This document shows positions 40,055 through 49,320 of a stretch of 55,725 bases of DNA, piece by piece. The notes below the pieces were generated by a model, which saw only the letters and a list, made by a program, of their open reading frames with translations, ran no database searches and was not told where the DNA came from. The translations under genes and the position numbers were made by a program. Numbering within the stretch: position 1 is the first letter of the stretch; each line of letters begins with the position of its first letter. The stretch comes from a virus (taxonomy: Duplodnaviria > Caudoviricetes): positions 1 through 55,725 of the IMG/VR virus record IMGVR_UViG_3300040808_001540; one strand, 5' to 3'.

Positions 40055-40920
40055 TTTGTACTCCTTAAATGTGATTCATATTTGTTTTTAAACCAAGGAC
40101 TTAGTAGATCAAATTTTAAAAACTCTTTTTGTAAACTTGTATCTATTTGTAAATTATCATCTAGTTGTCTGCCTTGAATTTTCTTTTTACGTACAACGTT
40201 ATTCCACTCTTGTATTGTTTTTACTCTTGTGGCAATTTGTGCATAACTCATTCCTGCTTTGCGTTCCCAATCCATTGCATTTTTAATGTTTGCAATTTTT
40301 TCAGTACGTTGATTATCACTGCCAAAGTAACTAAAGTGCCAACCATTTTTAATTACAGTGTGTCTTTTAAAAGCACCTGCTTTAGTGTATTTGAACGCAC
40401 CTGTGCTTAATGGCTTTTCTTCTGGTAGATTTTCTAAATTAGTAATTCGTGTACCAGGCCAATTACGCATACGTGCATACCAATCAAGATATACAACTCT
40501 TAAATCTTGATCACAAACAATTTGTTTTTCTCCTGCTTTTAACAAACGTTTAATTTCTGCCAATCCTCTTTTATCCCAAATTTCATCTAGGTCACTGTAA
40601 AAGAAAATTGCTTTGTCAGTTATTTTACGTGCTTCATATACTAGGTTATCTCTAGTAATATTTTGTATTGTTTTAAGGTTAGTGTGTTCTTCACTGTCTA
40701 AATACTCGTCAGGGTGTTCTACCCATTTGTAAACTATTTTATCTGTTATGTGTTGTGGAACTTTTTCTAAAACTTTCAAAAACTTTTGTTTGTTAGGGCG
40801 ACAACGCCATGTTTGATTGCTTTCGACAATTATAAATTTGTCTACTGCATCTTGAAGATAGTTTAATCTAATTAAACAAAGTTCTTCTTCATTAAAATAT
40901 GGAAATGCATCAATAATCAT
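40051..40920 (-). CDS. Glycosyltransferase family 17-like (beta-1,4-GlcNAc transferase-like)
   Basis: IIDAFPYFNEEEL..IRL..L...VD.FIIVES, SDLDEI, GWHFSY. Confidence 0.82.
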   Translation of the reverse strand: MIIDAFPYFNEEELCLIRLNYLQDAVDKFIIVESNQTWRCRPNKQKFLKVLEKVPQHITDKIVYKWVEHPDEYLDSEEHTNLKTIQNITRDNLVYEARKITDKAIFFYSDLDEIWDKRGLAEIKRLLKAGEKQIVCDQDLRVVYLDWYARMRNWPGTRITNLENLPEEKPLSTGAFKYTKAGAFKRHTVIKNGWHFSYFGSDNQRTEKIANIKNAMDWERKAGMSYAQIATRVKTIQEWNNVVRKKKIQGRQLDDNLQIDTSLQKEFLKFDLLSPWFKNKYESHLRSTK

Positions 40921-40921
40921 A

Positions 40922-41551
40922 TTACTTCCTAAATATTACAGGCTGTATGTGTCCTGTTGGTTGTCCAAGAACAAACTGTTTTTGTTTCTTGACTTTGTGT
41001 GGCATAAACGAATATACAGTTTCGTTTAGATTTTTTATTTTATCTAAATCCCAATCAACTTGTACAATAGAATTTTTATATATGTATTCATCTACATATC
41101 TCTTTACATCAGGTATCTGATAATCATCAAACACTACAATATTGCTCATTTCTAACTTTTCGTGATCATGTTTTACAGTTTCATAACTATGACCGCCATC
41201 TATATAAACTAGATCGTACTTGCCTTGTTCTAGTGTGTTTTGTGTCCAACCTTTGATTAGTTTGAATTTAAAATTTTTGTTGTTTATACGTCTAAGCATA
41301 TGATTAGCATACATATAATCACCCGGACCTTTTCCATTTATTTCGTCATTGTCACTATCTGGGGTTGCTAATTCAAAGGCATCATAACCTACATAACGCA
41401 ACTTGCAATTATGATTTTGTAATATGTGTAAGCATATTTGTTCTGCTGTTTTTGCTCTGTGCGTTCCTATTTCACATATAGAAACACTTTCGGCATCTTT
41501 GAACATAACATCTAGTAAACTAGACCACGGGCCAAATAAACTTTTCTTCAT
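40922..41551 (-). CDS. Class I SAM methyltransferase (Methyltransf_24-like)
   Basis: EIGT, YVGYDAFE, DLVYIDGGHSYETVKHD, VVFDDY. Confidence 0.82.
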   Translation of the reverse strand: MKKSLFGPWSSLLDVMFKDAESVSICEIGTHRAKTAEQICLHILQNHNCKLRYVGYDAFELATPDSDNDEINGKGPGDYMYANHMLRRINNKNFKFKLIKGWTQNTLEQGKYDLVYIDGGHSYETVKHDHEKLEMSNIVVFDDYQIPDVKRYVDEYIYKNSIVQVDWDLDKIKNLNETVYSFMPHKVKKQKQFVLGQPTGHIQPVIFRK

Positions 41552-42363
41552 TTCCAGTAATCTTCTTTACGTTTTACTTTAAGATCTTTTGCATATGACT
41601 TTCCATCAACTTTTCTATTGCCCTTCATATGGTCGATATATGCACCTAACTTACTGTTGATAATAGGATGTCCTTCACCTTGTATTGTTACATTACTTAA
41701 ACTATGTTCTACAAAACCTTGCACCTGTCTAAATTCTTTTACAATTTCATAGAATACAAAACTGTCATGCCATTCCTTCATTGTAAAAATACCTTCTTCG
41801 GCATGATCATATACCCATTGAAATCTACTTAAAAACTTTTTAGTAATATCTTCTTTTAGTTTCATAGAATAAAATCCGCACTCAGGCCATTTAGGTTCTC
41901 TACTAAAATAACAAATATGACTATTGTGTGGAATAAATTTGTCTAAGAAATCTTTTGGCATTGCACTATGGCACAGTGTATCAGCATCCATCCAAATTAA
42001 TTCATCAACATTTGAGCCGTCTAGGCTTTTCGCACAGTCAAAGATAGCAAAAACTTTATGACAAAATCTAATAGCGTCCCACTTAAACCCCTTGTGTGCA
42101 TCTACTCTACCTTTTGGATTTTCTAATCCATTTGCCTTAGGAACGTCTTTCCACTTTGCTTTAAATTTTACAATGCCTGCATTTTGCATCAATTCTCTAA
42201 CGTATGTATTGTTTCTAGTTTTGTTAGGTGTGCAACCTTCTGCATATACATAAAGATCAACTTCAGCAGGCCAGTTTTTTTCAAAACTGTCTATCATTTT
42301 TTGTCCGTACAAGTCCATGCCTGCTTTATTGAACGTTGTAACAACCGCAAATTTTCTTGACAT
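41548..42363 (-). CDS. GT-A glycosyltransferase-like protein; start revised to ATG 42363 (MSRKFAVV)
   Basis: GAGGA SD before the revised ATG; VTTFN, DAIRFCHKVFA, IWMDADT (DxD), ECGFY, EWHDS, DHMKG.RK. Confidence 0.75.
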   Translation of the reverse strand: MSRKFAVVTTFNKAGMDLYGQKMIDSFEKNWPAEVDLYVYAEGCTPNKTRNNTYVRELMQNAGIVKFKAKWKDVPKANGLENPKGRVDAHKGFKWDAIRFCHKVFAIFDCAKSLDGSNVDELIWMDADTLCHSAMPKDFLDKFIPHNSHICYFSREPKWPECGFYSMKLKEDITKKFLSRFQWVYDHAEEGIFTMKEWHDSFVFYEIVKEFRQVQGFVEHSLSNVTIQGEGHPIINSKLGAYIDHMKGNRKVDGKSYAKDLKVKRKEDYWK

Positions 42364-42375
42364 TTTATCCTCTAA

Positions 42376-42398
42376 TAAATATAATATACGTATATTTA
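42376..42398. promoter_or_regulatory. Face-to-face late promoters (plus TAAATA 42376-42381; minus TAAATA 42393-42398)
   Basis: Both cores in the 46-bp gap between divergent glycosyltransferase genes. Confidence 0.65.
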
Positions 42399-42409
42399 GT
42401 AGGCAATAG

Positions 42410-43270
42410 ATGAAGTTCAAATTATTCAGAGAGAATGGTGCATTAAACAGTACAGCAGTTTTTGATGCATTTAGCACAGGATTAAAACACCTAGGACACG
42501 AAGAACACGAAGACTTTGACGTAGCAGTTATTTGGAGTGTGCTCTGGCATGGTCGTATGAAAAATAATCAGCCTGTGTGGGAATATTGTCAAAAAAATAA
42601 TATCCCTGTAATAGTATTAGAAGTAGGCGGAATCAAAAGAGGAACAACATGGAAGGTAGGAATAAATGGAATCAATAGAGATGCTTTTTTTGGTCCTAGC
42701 AGTAATGATAGCAGTAGGGCTAGACGACTCGGACTCGAATTAAAGCCGTGGTCATTTGGAGAACATATTGTAATTTGTGGACAACATGATAAAAGTCATC
42801 AATGGCGTGATATGCCTCCTATGAGCAAATGGATATCAGACGTTATAGATGAAATTAGAAAATACTCCGAAAGAAAAATATACTTTAGGCCACACCCAAG
42901 ATGTCAGTTACCTGGAATAGAACACGAATTCAAAAATGTGTTTAGACAAATACCATTGCATGTTACAGGAACATATGACGACTTTGATTTTAGTTTTAAA
43001 GGTGCTCATGCTGTTGTAAGTTGGACAAGTAATCCAGGAATTCAAAGTATTATAGGCGGAGTTCCTGCATTTGTAGGCCAATCAAGTTTAGCATATGACG
43101 TTGCTAATCACAGTTTTGATACTATTGAAGACCCTATAAAGCCTGAAAGACAACAGTGGTTAAATGATTACGCACATACAGAATGGACCGTTGATGAAAT
43201 AGCAGAAGGTCTACCTTTGGCAAGATTACTGCCAAAATTAAATGAATTTTTGGTTGACAAAACTGTATAA
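42410..43270 (+). CDS. KpsS/KpsC-like GT-B protein, paralogue 4
   Basis: IVICGQ...S, FRPHP, AHAVVSWTSNPG.QSI..GVPAF, R.QWL...A..EWTVDEI..G. Confidence 0.55.
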   Translation: MKFKLFRENGALNSTAVFDAFSTGLKHLGHEEHEDFDVAVIWSVLWHGRMKNNQPVWEYCQKNNIPVIVLEVGGIKRGTTWKVGINGINRDAFFGPSSNDSSRARRLGLELKPWSFGEHIVICGQHDKSHQWRDMPPMSKWISDVIDEIRKYSERKIYFRPHPRCQLPGIEHEFKNVFRQIPLHVTGTYDDFDFSFKGAHAVVSWTSNPGIQSIIGGVPAFVGQSSLAYDVANHSFDTIEDPIKPERQQWLNDYAHTEWTVDEIAEGLPLARLLPKLNEFLVDKTV

Positions 43271-43281
43271 TCTGCTATAAT
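43254..43281 (+). promoter_or_regulatory. Sigma70-type promoter for the helicase/replication operon
   Basis: TTGACA (43254-43259), 16-nt spacer, extended -10 TGcTATAAT (TATAAT 43276-43281). Confidence 0.7.
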
Positions 43282-43319
43282 TAAAACATAACTTATAACT
43301 TAACATTGGTGACATAGTC

Positions 43320-44528
43320 ATGGTGAATAAATTACCTCAAGGAATCAACAACACAATCGATGACGCAATACAGTTTTTAGGCGGAACTCTATGGGCCTAT
43401 AACTTTAGTAATGAACAACTTCCTACTGTTGCAATCAATCAATATGATCTAAACATTGTAAAAAGTTTAGCAATGCAACTAGAACGAAATCTTGCACTTA
43501 CTGAAAAGCAAGGAGAAATTGGACTACGGGTTGTTAAAAGATACGAACCGGCACTACGCAAGATTGGTTTTGATACTGAAACACTAATTACTAAGAAAGT
43601 TTTTGCAAGACCGTTTAGGGTAATTGATAAAACAAAAACGTTACACATCGACGGCGACCAAATTGTTTGTAAAAGTCCATTCATCGCAGACCTAGTTAAT
43701 AAGTTTAAGAAAAGAAAAAAACATGTGTATCTTGCTGGTACATACAACGGAGAAAACAAAGAATGGAGTTTTCCTTTTAACGAAAAAAATATTGAATTTT
43801 TACTCGATGCTGTAAGAGGAAAAGGTTTTTCTATTGACGAAAATCTTACAGACATTAAAAAGAAAACAGATACAGTTAAAAAAGAAGGATTAAAATATTT
43901 TCCGTTGTTGACAATTCAAGACAACGAGTTTACAATTAATAATTCAGATATCCCTGCAGATTACTTGCAACCTTTAAAAGATATTGACGATCCTGTTGAG
44001 GCAATATTGTATAGTAAAATGCTTGGTGTAACTGTTTATGATTCACCGGTGGTTAAAAAACTAGGACATAAAACATTTAGAAAAATATTGTTAGGAGACC
44101 AATCACGTTGGACAGTTAATAGAAAAGTTCACGAGCGTCAAAATTTCTTGGAACTTATTAAGCCTAGTAAACAAACACTTATTATGGTAAGCAGTGTAGA
44201 GCATGAAAGTCTGATTAAATGGATTGAATTGCTAGAATGGGCAGGTCTTTCAAACCAAACATCGGTAGCATTTAGATATCCTAAGAACAAAGAAATGAAC
44301 GATTATATTAAAGATAGGAAAGTTAATAAGTTTGATCCTGAAAGCAAAATTATACTTACTAACGAAAAAATCAATAAGAACTTTGTAAAATATAACATCA
44401 CACCTAATGTTGTTATAGTTGACTTAGCAACTGAACCTAGTCATTACAAAACACAAACGTATCTTGCAAATAAACCATTGTTGGTACATTATACATTTAA
44501 AGGAGACTCTGCAAGTGGCATCCTGTAA
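43320..44528 (+). CDS. Hypothetical protein (402 aa) overlapping the uvsW start
   Basis: Long ORF; LTEKQ helical N-domain and a W.FP segment; function not recognised. Confidence 0.6.
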   Translation: MVNKLPQGINNTIDDAIQFLGGTLWAYNFSNEQLPTVAINQYDLNIVKSLAMQLERNLALTEKQGEIGLRVVKRYEPALRKIGFDTETLITKKVFARPFRVIDKTKTLHIDGDQIVCKSPFIADLVNKFKKRKKHVYLAGTYNGENKEWSFPFNEKNIEFLLDAVRGKGFSIDENLTDIKKKTDTVKKEGLKYFPLLTIQDNEFTINNSDIPADYLQPLKDIDDPVEAILYSKMLGVTVYDSPVVKKLGHKTFRKILLGDQSRWTVNRKVHERQNFLELIKPSKQTLIMVSSVEHESLIKWIELLEWAGLSNQTSVAFRYPKNKEMNDYIKDRKVNKFDPESKIILTNEKINKNFVKYNITPNVVIVDLATEPSHYKTQTYLANKPLLVHYTFKGDSASGIL

Positions 44529-45969
44529 ATTAGTAATTAGAGATGAAGTAAACGTAAAGTTTGAAGGCTTGGACTTATCAATGCGTAAGCACTTGGTTAA
44601 TAAGTTTAAGTATGACATTCCGTATGCACGTTACTTGCCAGCATATAAACTAGGACGTTGGGACGGTACCGTAAGTTTCTTTGGACTGGGCGGTACAACT
44701 TATGTTAGTATGCTGAAAGAAGTTTTAGAAGCACTAGACGAAAAAGGTGTTTACGTTGAAGTTGAAGATCAGCGAACTCCTATACAAATTAAATTTAATG
44801 AAATAAGAGAAGACTACTGGGGAGACACTTGTTGGCCTAAAGGACATCCAGCAGAAGGACAACCAATTCGTTTACGTGACTACCAACTTGAAGTTATTAA
44901 CAACTTTTTATCTAATCCACAAGCACTACAAGAAGTTGCTACTGGTGCAGGTAAAACTATTATCACTGCTACACTTTCGCATCTGTGTGAACCATATGGA
45001 CGTAGCCTAGTTATTGTTCCTAACAAATCGTTAGTAACGCAGACAGAAGAAGACTATGTTAATTGCGGATTAGATGTTGGTGTATACTTTGGTGATCGAA
45101 AAGAATTAGGTAGAACACATACAATCTGTACTTGGCAAAGTCTAAACATTCTTAGTAAGAAAACTAAGAACCACGAAGCGGCTGTAACTTTTCAAGAAGC
45201 AATGGAAGATGTACGTTGTATTATTGTTGACGAAGTGCATCAAGCAAAAGCAGATGTTTTGAAGCAACTGCTTACACAAAACTTTGCACACGTTCCAATT
45301 CGTTGGGGACTTACAGGTACTATTCCAAAAGAACAATTTGAGTTTCAAGGTATTAGAGCAGGACTAGGAGAAGTTATTAATCATATTAGTGCAAGTGATC
45401 TACAAGCAAAAGGTGTACTTGCTAACTGTCATGTTAATGTTATTCAAACTGAAGATGTACAAGAGTTTAGATCTTATCAAGAAGAATTAAAATATCTAAC
45501 AACTAATGAAAAAAGAATAGAATGGATTTCAAAATTAATTGCCAAAATAAGCGAAAATGGCAATACTTTGGTACTTGTAGATAGACTTTCTGCAGGAAAG
45601 ATGTTACAATCACATATAGAGAATAGTGTTTTTATCTCTGGCGAAACAAAAGCCAATGATAGAAAGGAACAATATGACGAGGTTAAAACTGCTGAAAATA
45701 AAGTTCTTATTGCAACTTATGGTGTTGCCGCAGTTGGTATTAACATTCCTAGGATTTTTAACCTTATTCTTATTGAGCCTGGTAAGTCTTTTGTACGTGT
45801 TATTCAGTCAATTGGTAGAGGAATTAGAAAGGCTGAAGATAAAGACCATGTCCAAATATGGGACATCACAAGCAGATGTAAGTTTGCAAAAAGGCATCTT
45901 ACACAACGTAAAAAATTTTATAAAGAGGCTAATTACCCCTTTACAATCGAAAGGATAACAATTGATTAA
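44515..45969 (+). CDS. uvsW: SF2 DNA helicase UvsW; probable GTG start at 44515
   Basis: AGGAG before GTG; WDG.V.F, LRDYQ, ATGAGKT, VDEVH, GLTGT, GINIP, QSIGRG.R. Confidence 0.9.
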   Translation: MASCKLVIRDEVNVKFEGLDLSMRKHLVNKFKYDIPYARYLPAYKLGRWDGTVSFFGLGGTTYVSMLKEVLEALDEKGVYVEVEDQRTPIQIKFNEIREDYWGDTCWPKGHPAEGQPIRLRDYQLEVINNFLSNPQALQEVATGAGKTIITATLSHLCEPYGRSLVIVPNKSLVTQTEEDYVNCGLDVGVYFGDRKELGRTHTICTWQSLNILSKKTKNHEAAVTFQEAMEDVRCIIVDEVHQAKADVLKQLLTQNFAHVPIRWGLTGTIPKEQFEFQGIRAGLGEVINHISASDLQAKGVLANCHVNVIQTEDVQEFRSYQEELKYLTTNEKRIEWISKLIAKISENGNTLVLVDRLSAGKMLQSHIENSVFISGETKANDRKEQYDEVKTAENKVLIATYGVAAVGINIPRIFNLILIEPGKSFVRVIQSIGRGIRKAEDKDHVQIWDITSRCKFAKRHLTQRKKFYKEANYPFTIERITID

Positions 45970-46473
45970 ATGAAAATATTAACACTAGAAAACAAATCAT
46001 ATGATCTAAATAATCTTCCAAAAGAAATCAACGAGGACATTAGATATTCAGTATTAGATAATTCGGATCCTAAAGAGCCGGATTATTTCTTTATGCCTTT
46101 AATATATTTAGAAAGTTTTTCAGCACCTGCTGTTGTACTTCAAGTAGGAAAACATCAAGTACAAATGCCACTAGAATGGTCTATGTTAATTGGATCAAGC
46201 GAAGGCGGCGATCTGGAAGTACTACCATTAACAAGTTTAAATGATAGAGGATTTGAAGCATTTCAATTCAATCCATTAACATCTTTTAGACCTGACTTTG
46301 TTAGTGTAGATGTTGTTAATGTGTATCAAGATGTGAAATGGTACTTTCCTAAACTAAAAGCAGGGCAATTATTAACCACACCGTTGGGCGATGCAGACAA
46401 TCCTGAATGTGTATTTTTTGTAAAAGAAATTTCTCGTTCAAGTGAAACACTAGATTATAGTTTGTTGTTTTAA
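45970..46473 (+). CDS. Hypothetical protein, possibly a degenerate Hint (intein-like) fold
   Basis: 167-aa beta-rich ORF directly after uvsW; spacing of hydrophobic blocks resembles Hint blocks but catalytic residues are absent. Confidence 0.5.
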   Translation: MKILTLENKSYDLNNLPKEINEDIRYSVLDNSDPKEPDYFFMPLIYLESFSAPAVVLQVGKHQVQMPLEWSMLIGSSEGGDLEVLPLTSLNDRGFEAFQFNPLTSFRPDFVSVDVVNVYQDVKWYFPKLKAGQLLTTPLGDADNPECVFFVKEISRSSETLDYSLLF

Positions 46474-47184
46474 ATGTTTTTTAATAAACCTATCACAGTA
46501 GATTTATACACAGACGATCAACATGCATACGACATGTTTAGGCCAAACTTGTCTAAATATTTTATTCCACGTTGGTGGAAAAAGTTACCTATATCAAGAC
46601 CAGACAATCACGAACACGTTCATGTACAAGGTTTAGAAGTTGCAGGTATGAAAACTTGCCCTGCAATTATAGACATTATGAAACGTGGTATTATTATTCC
46701 TAGTCCTGCAAGTTTTGTGATACAGCGTTTTATGGACGGTAAGATTGCATTTGATGTTATGCCAGAAAAATTTAAACAGCCTAGCAGTCATAGTTCAGAT
46801 GACTATGCTGATCACAAGCCTGGTTATCATCATATTAAATTTCCTTTGCCATGGAGAATTAAAACTAGTCAAGACATTGAATGGCTATGGATGCAACCCA
46901 CATGGCATCAAAAAAATCCTCTTAGCCATTGGAGTAGTCCCGGAACTATCAATTTTAAATATACACATATAGCAGAATTTAATTTCTTTTTACCACACGG
47001 AAGTAGGTTATCTTTAGAGCCTGGCGATCCTATTGCACAACTTATACCATTAAATGATAAACCAATTAAAGTAAACCATCACCTAGTAACAACAGAAGAG
47101 TTTCATCGTTTAGACAATTACAAAGGATGGAGAGTTAATAATTTCAAACAAAGACTGCGAATGCAGAAGGAGAAAGGGCAATGA
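46474..47184 (+). CDS. Hypothetical protein with dUTPase-like beta-clip features
   Basis: MKTCPAI.D....G.IIP and LEPGDPIAQLIP (resembles dUTPase motif IV); other dUTPase catalytic motifs not seen. Confidence 0.5.
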   Translation: MFFNKPITVDLYTDDQHAYDMFRPNLSKYFIPRWWKKLPISRPDNHEHVHVQGLEVAGMKTCPAIIDIMKRGIIIPSPASFVIQRFMDGKIAFDVMPEKFKQPSSHSSDDYADHKPGYHHIKFPLPWRIKTSQDIEWLWMQPTWHQKNPLSHWSSPGTINFKYTHIAEFNFFLPHGSRLSLEPGDPIAQLIPLNDKPIKVNHHLVTTEEFHRLDNYKGWRVNNFKQRLRMQKEKGQ

Positions 47185-47537
47185 CTATGAAAGCAGGAAA
47201 GATTTGGGGTCAAACAGAATTGATCCATGCTAACGGTGTACTAGAGTTTCACCGTATTGAATTTAAGAAAGGTTACAAGTGTAGCGAGCATGAGCATCGT
47301 TACAAATGGAATGGATTCTTTGTTGAGTCGGGCAAGATGCTTGTTCGTGTTTGGCAAGATGACCAAGAAGGATTAGTTGATGAAACTATTCTTGGTCCTG
47401 GTGAATTTACACAGGTTAAGCCTGGTAAGGTTCATCAATTTGAAGGCATTGAAGACGGAGTTGCCTTTGAACTGTATTGGGCAGAGTTTAATCATGATGA
47501 TATTGTGAGACGCACTGTCGGTACTAAAATAAAGTAA
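47181..47537 (+). CDS. Cupin-domain protein
   Basis: GKIWG.T, CSEHEH..KWNGF.VESG, PG.VHQFE, FELYW. Confidence 0.75.
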   Translation: MTMKAGKIWGQTELIHANGVLEFHRIEFKKGYKCSEHEHRYKWNGFFVESGKMLVRVWQDDQEGLVDETILGPGEFTQVKPGKVHQFEGIEDGVAFELYWAEFNHDDIVRRTVGTKIK

Positions 47538-47556
47538 TAAAATAAGGAGGAACTAT

Positions 47557-48177
47557 ATGTTCACTAAAATGTTAGAAGGTGTAGACAAGGCTCTTGTAAG
47601 CAAGTTAGTAATTCTACACACACTTGTAATTGCTGTTAGTAATTACTTAGTAACAATTAGATTTGATGTATTCCCTGGCGCAGACTTACCATTGTTTGGT
47701 TCGTTTCCACTTGCGGCGGCGGCATTTACATTTCCGATCGTAGTTGTTGCCACTGACTTGACTGTACGTCTTGTTGGTAAAGAAGCAGGTCGTGCTGTTG
47801 TAGCAATGGCTATTATTCCTGCGATTGTTGCATCAGTGCTTGTACTATTAGCACTTGGTGATGAACACGCATACAGAGTAGGTATTGCATCAGGTACTGC
47901 TTATGCAGTTGGTACAATGCTTGACGTATATGTATTCCAGCACATTAGAGAGCGTTATACAGAAGCATGGTGGGCGGCGCCAGCGATTTCAACTATCGTG
48001 GCAAATATTATTGATACGTACACGTTCTTCTATACAGCGTTTTATCCTGCACCTTGGGTACATGGCGTAGCGTTTAATAATACACTTACTAAAATTGTAG
48101 TAGGACTTATTGTGTTCCTACCAGCATATGGTATGCTACTTGCTTATCTTAGAAATAAAGTAGGTGCTAAAGTATAG
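47557..48177 (+). CDS. yhhQ: preQ0/preQ1 (7-deazaguanine) transporter, YhhQ/VUT family
   Basis: Multi-TM protein with H..VIA.SNYLV, AFTFP....ATDLTVR..G...GR.V, R...AS..AY..G..LDV.VF, WW.AP..ST...N..DT..F as in YhhQ; strong AAGGAGG SD. Confidence 0.85.
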   Translation: MFTKMLEGVDKALVSKLVILHTLVIAVSNYLVTIRFDVFPGADLPLFGSFPLAAAAFTFPIVVVATDLTVRLVGKEAGRAVVAMAIIPAIVASVLVLLALGDEHAYRVGIASGTAYAVGTMLDVYVFQHIRERYTEAWWAAPAISTIVANIIDTYTFFYTAFYPAPWVHGVAFNNTLTKIVVGLIVFLPAYGMLLAYLRNKVGAKV

Positions 48178-48180
48178 CAT

Positions 48181-48420
48181 ATGGTTAAGATATACGAATC
48201 CCCAGATGGAGGTAAAACAGTTTACGAACGTGATACTAAAACTGGGGATCGTATTTGTATTGAAAAAGAAATATTGCCCGAATGGCATTTAACAGAATTA
48301 GAGATAAGTGAAATTGTAGATTATGCAAACGAAGGTAATAGAACACTACAAGAAATGTTAAAAAAATTAAAAACAATCTACTATTTGACAAAAGAAGATC
48401 ATGAGCATTACACCGATTAA
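48181..48420 (+). CDS. Small hypothetical phage protein
   Basis: IYESPDGGKTVY.R motif; packed in operon. Confidence 0.65.
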   Translation: MVKIYESPDGGKTVYERDTKTGDRICIEKEILPEWHLTELEISEIVDYANEGNRTLQEMLKKLKTIYYLTKEDHEHYTD

Positions 48421-48997
48421 TACAACACCTAATCTTGTATGGAAAGCAACATACCCAGGTGATTTTTCATCTGCAAGTTCTCGTGCTATTAAAGATACAA
48501 TGCTTATGCCGGAGAACGCAGGTAGTATGCGTGGCGGCGGAAAAACAAATGCAAATCATAATATACTAGATCCTCATCTATGGGAAGAACTACATGATTT
48601 TATGGTTTGGTTGCAACCTATAGTAAATCAAGTTTGGAAAGAATGGGATATGCAAGATATTCCATTAGAAGTAATGAATAGTTGGACTAATATTACAAAT
48701 CAAAAAGGATATGTAATCGAACACGATCATAGTCCAGCACATATGGCGGCTAGCGTTTATTTAAATAAACCTAAAGATAGCGGTAACATAGAGTTCCGAA
48801 ATCCTTTACATTCAAGTTGGACATATATGCCAAGAAGTCATACAGATTTTAGTAGACAAGACTTCTATCAGGAAGTACAATGTAATACTAACGATGTGTT
48901 ACTATTTCCTGCATGGTTATCACATAGAGTGCAAGAAAACAAAGTTAATGAAAATAGAATTGTTATGAGTATGAATATAGTAGGAGTAAAACGATGA
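48401..48997 (+). CDS. 2OG-Fe(II) oxygenase (TIGR02466-like)
   Basis: SWTN, EHDH, SVYL..P..SG.IEF.NP, LLFPAWL.HRV..N.....RI.MS.N. Confidence 0.82.
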   Translation: MSITPINTTPNLVWKATYPGDFSSASSRAIKDTMLMPENAGSMRGGGKTNANHNILDPHLWEELHDFMVWLQPIVNQVWKEWDMQDIPLEVMNSWTNITNQKGYVIEHDHSPAHMAASVYLNKPKDSGNIEFRNPLHSSWTYMPRSHTDFSRQDFYQEVQCNTNDVLLFPAWLSHRVQENKVNENRIVMSMNIVGVKR

Positions 48998-49320
48998 AGT
49001 TTAAAAGTTCTAGTATAGAAGGAACGGTTGTAAAAAATGATGATCGTTATATTGTTAAAGACAACACAACATTAAAAAATCTTGTTGTTAGTAGTACAAG
49101 ATTAAATCCACGCAAAAGCACAAGCGGACATAAACATGAAGGACAAGAAGAAGTTTACATGTTTCTAGAAGGTTATGGAACTATGGAACTTGATGATGTT
49201 ACACACAATGTTGAAGCAGGTGATACTGTACTGATTGAAGACGGTGTGTTTCATCGTGTACATGCAGGCAACGAAGAATTATATTTTGTTTGCGTATTTG
49301 ATGGAAAGAGATATGGCTGA
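48994..49320 (+). CDS. Cupin-domain protein
   Basis: GHKHEGQEEVY.F..G.G, AGD.VLI.DG.FHRV. Confidence 0.8.
   Translation: MKFKSSSIEGTVVKNDDRYIVKDNTTLKNLVVSSTRLNPRKSTSGHKHEGQEEVYMFLEGYGTMELDDVTHNVEAGDTVLIEDGVFHRVHAGNEELYFVCVFDGKRYG

Noticed and set aside
23719-45969. Inteins or introns in terminase, UvsX or UvsW
   Set aside because: Lengths and motif spacing are normal; no splice-junction or LAGLIDADG motifs seen.
46474-47184. Functional dUTPase call
   Set aside because: Only a motif IV-like segment is visible; the other catalytic motifs are not.
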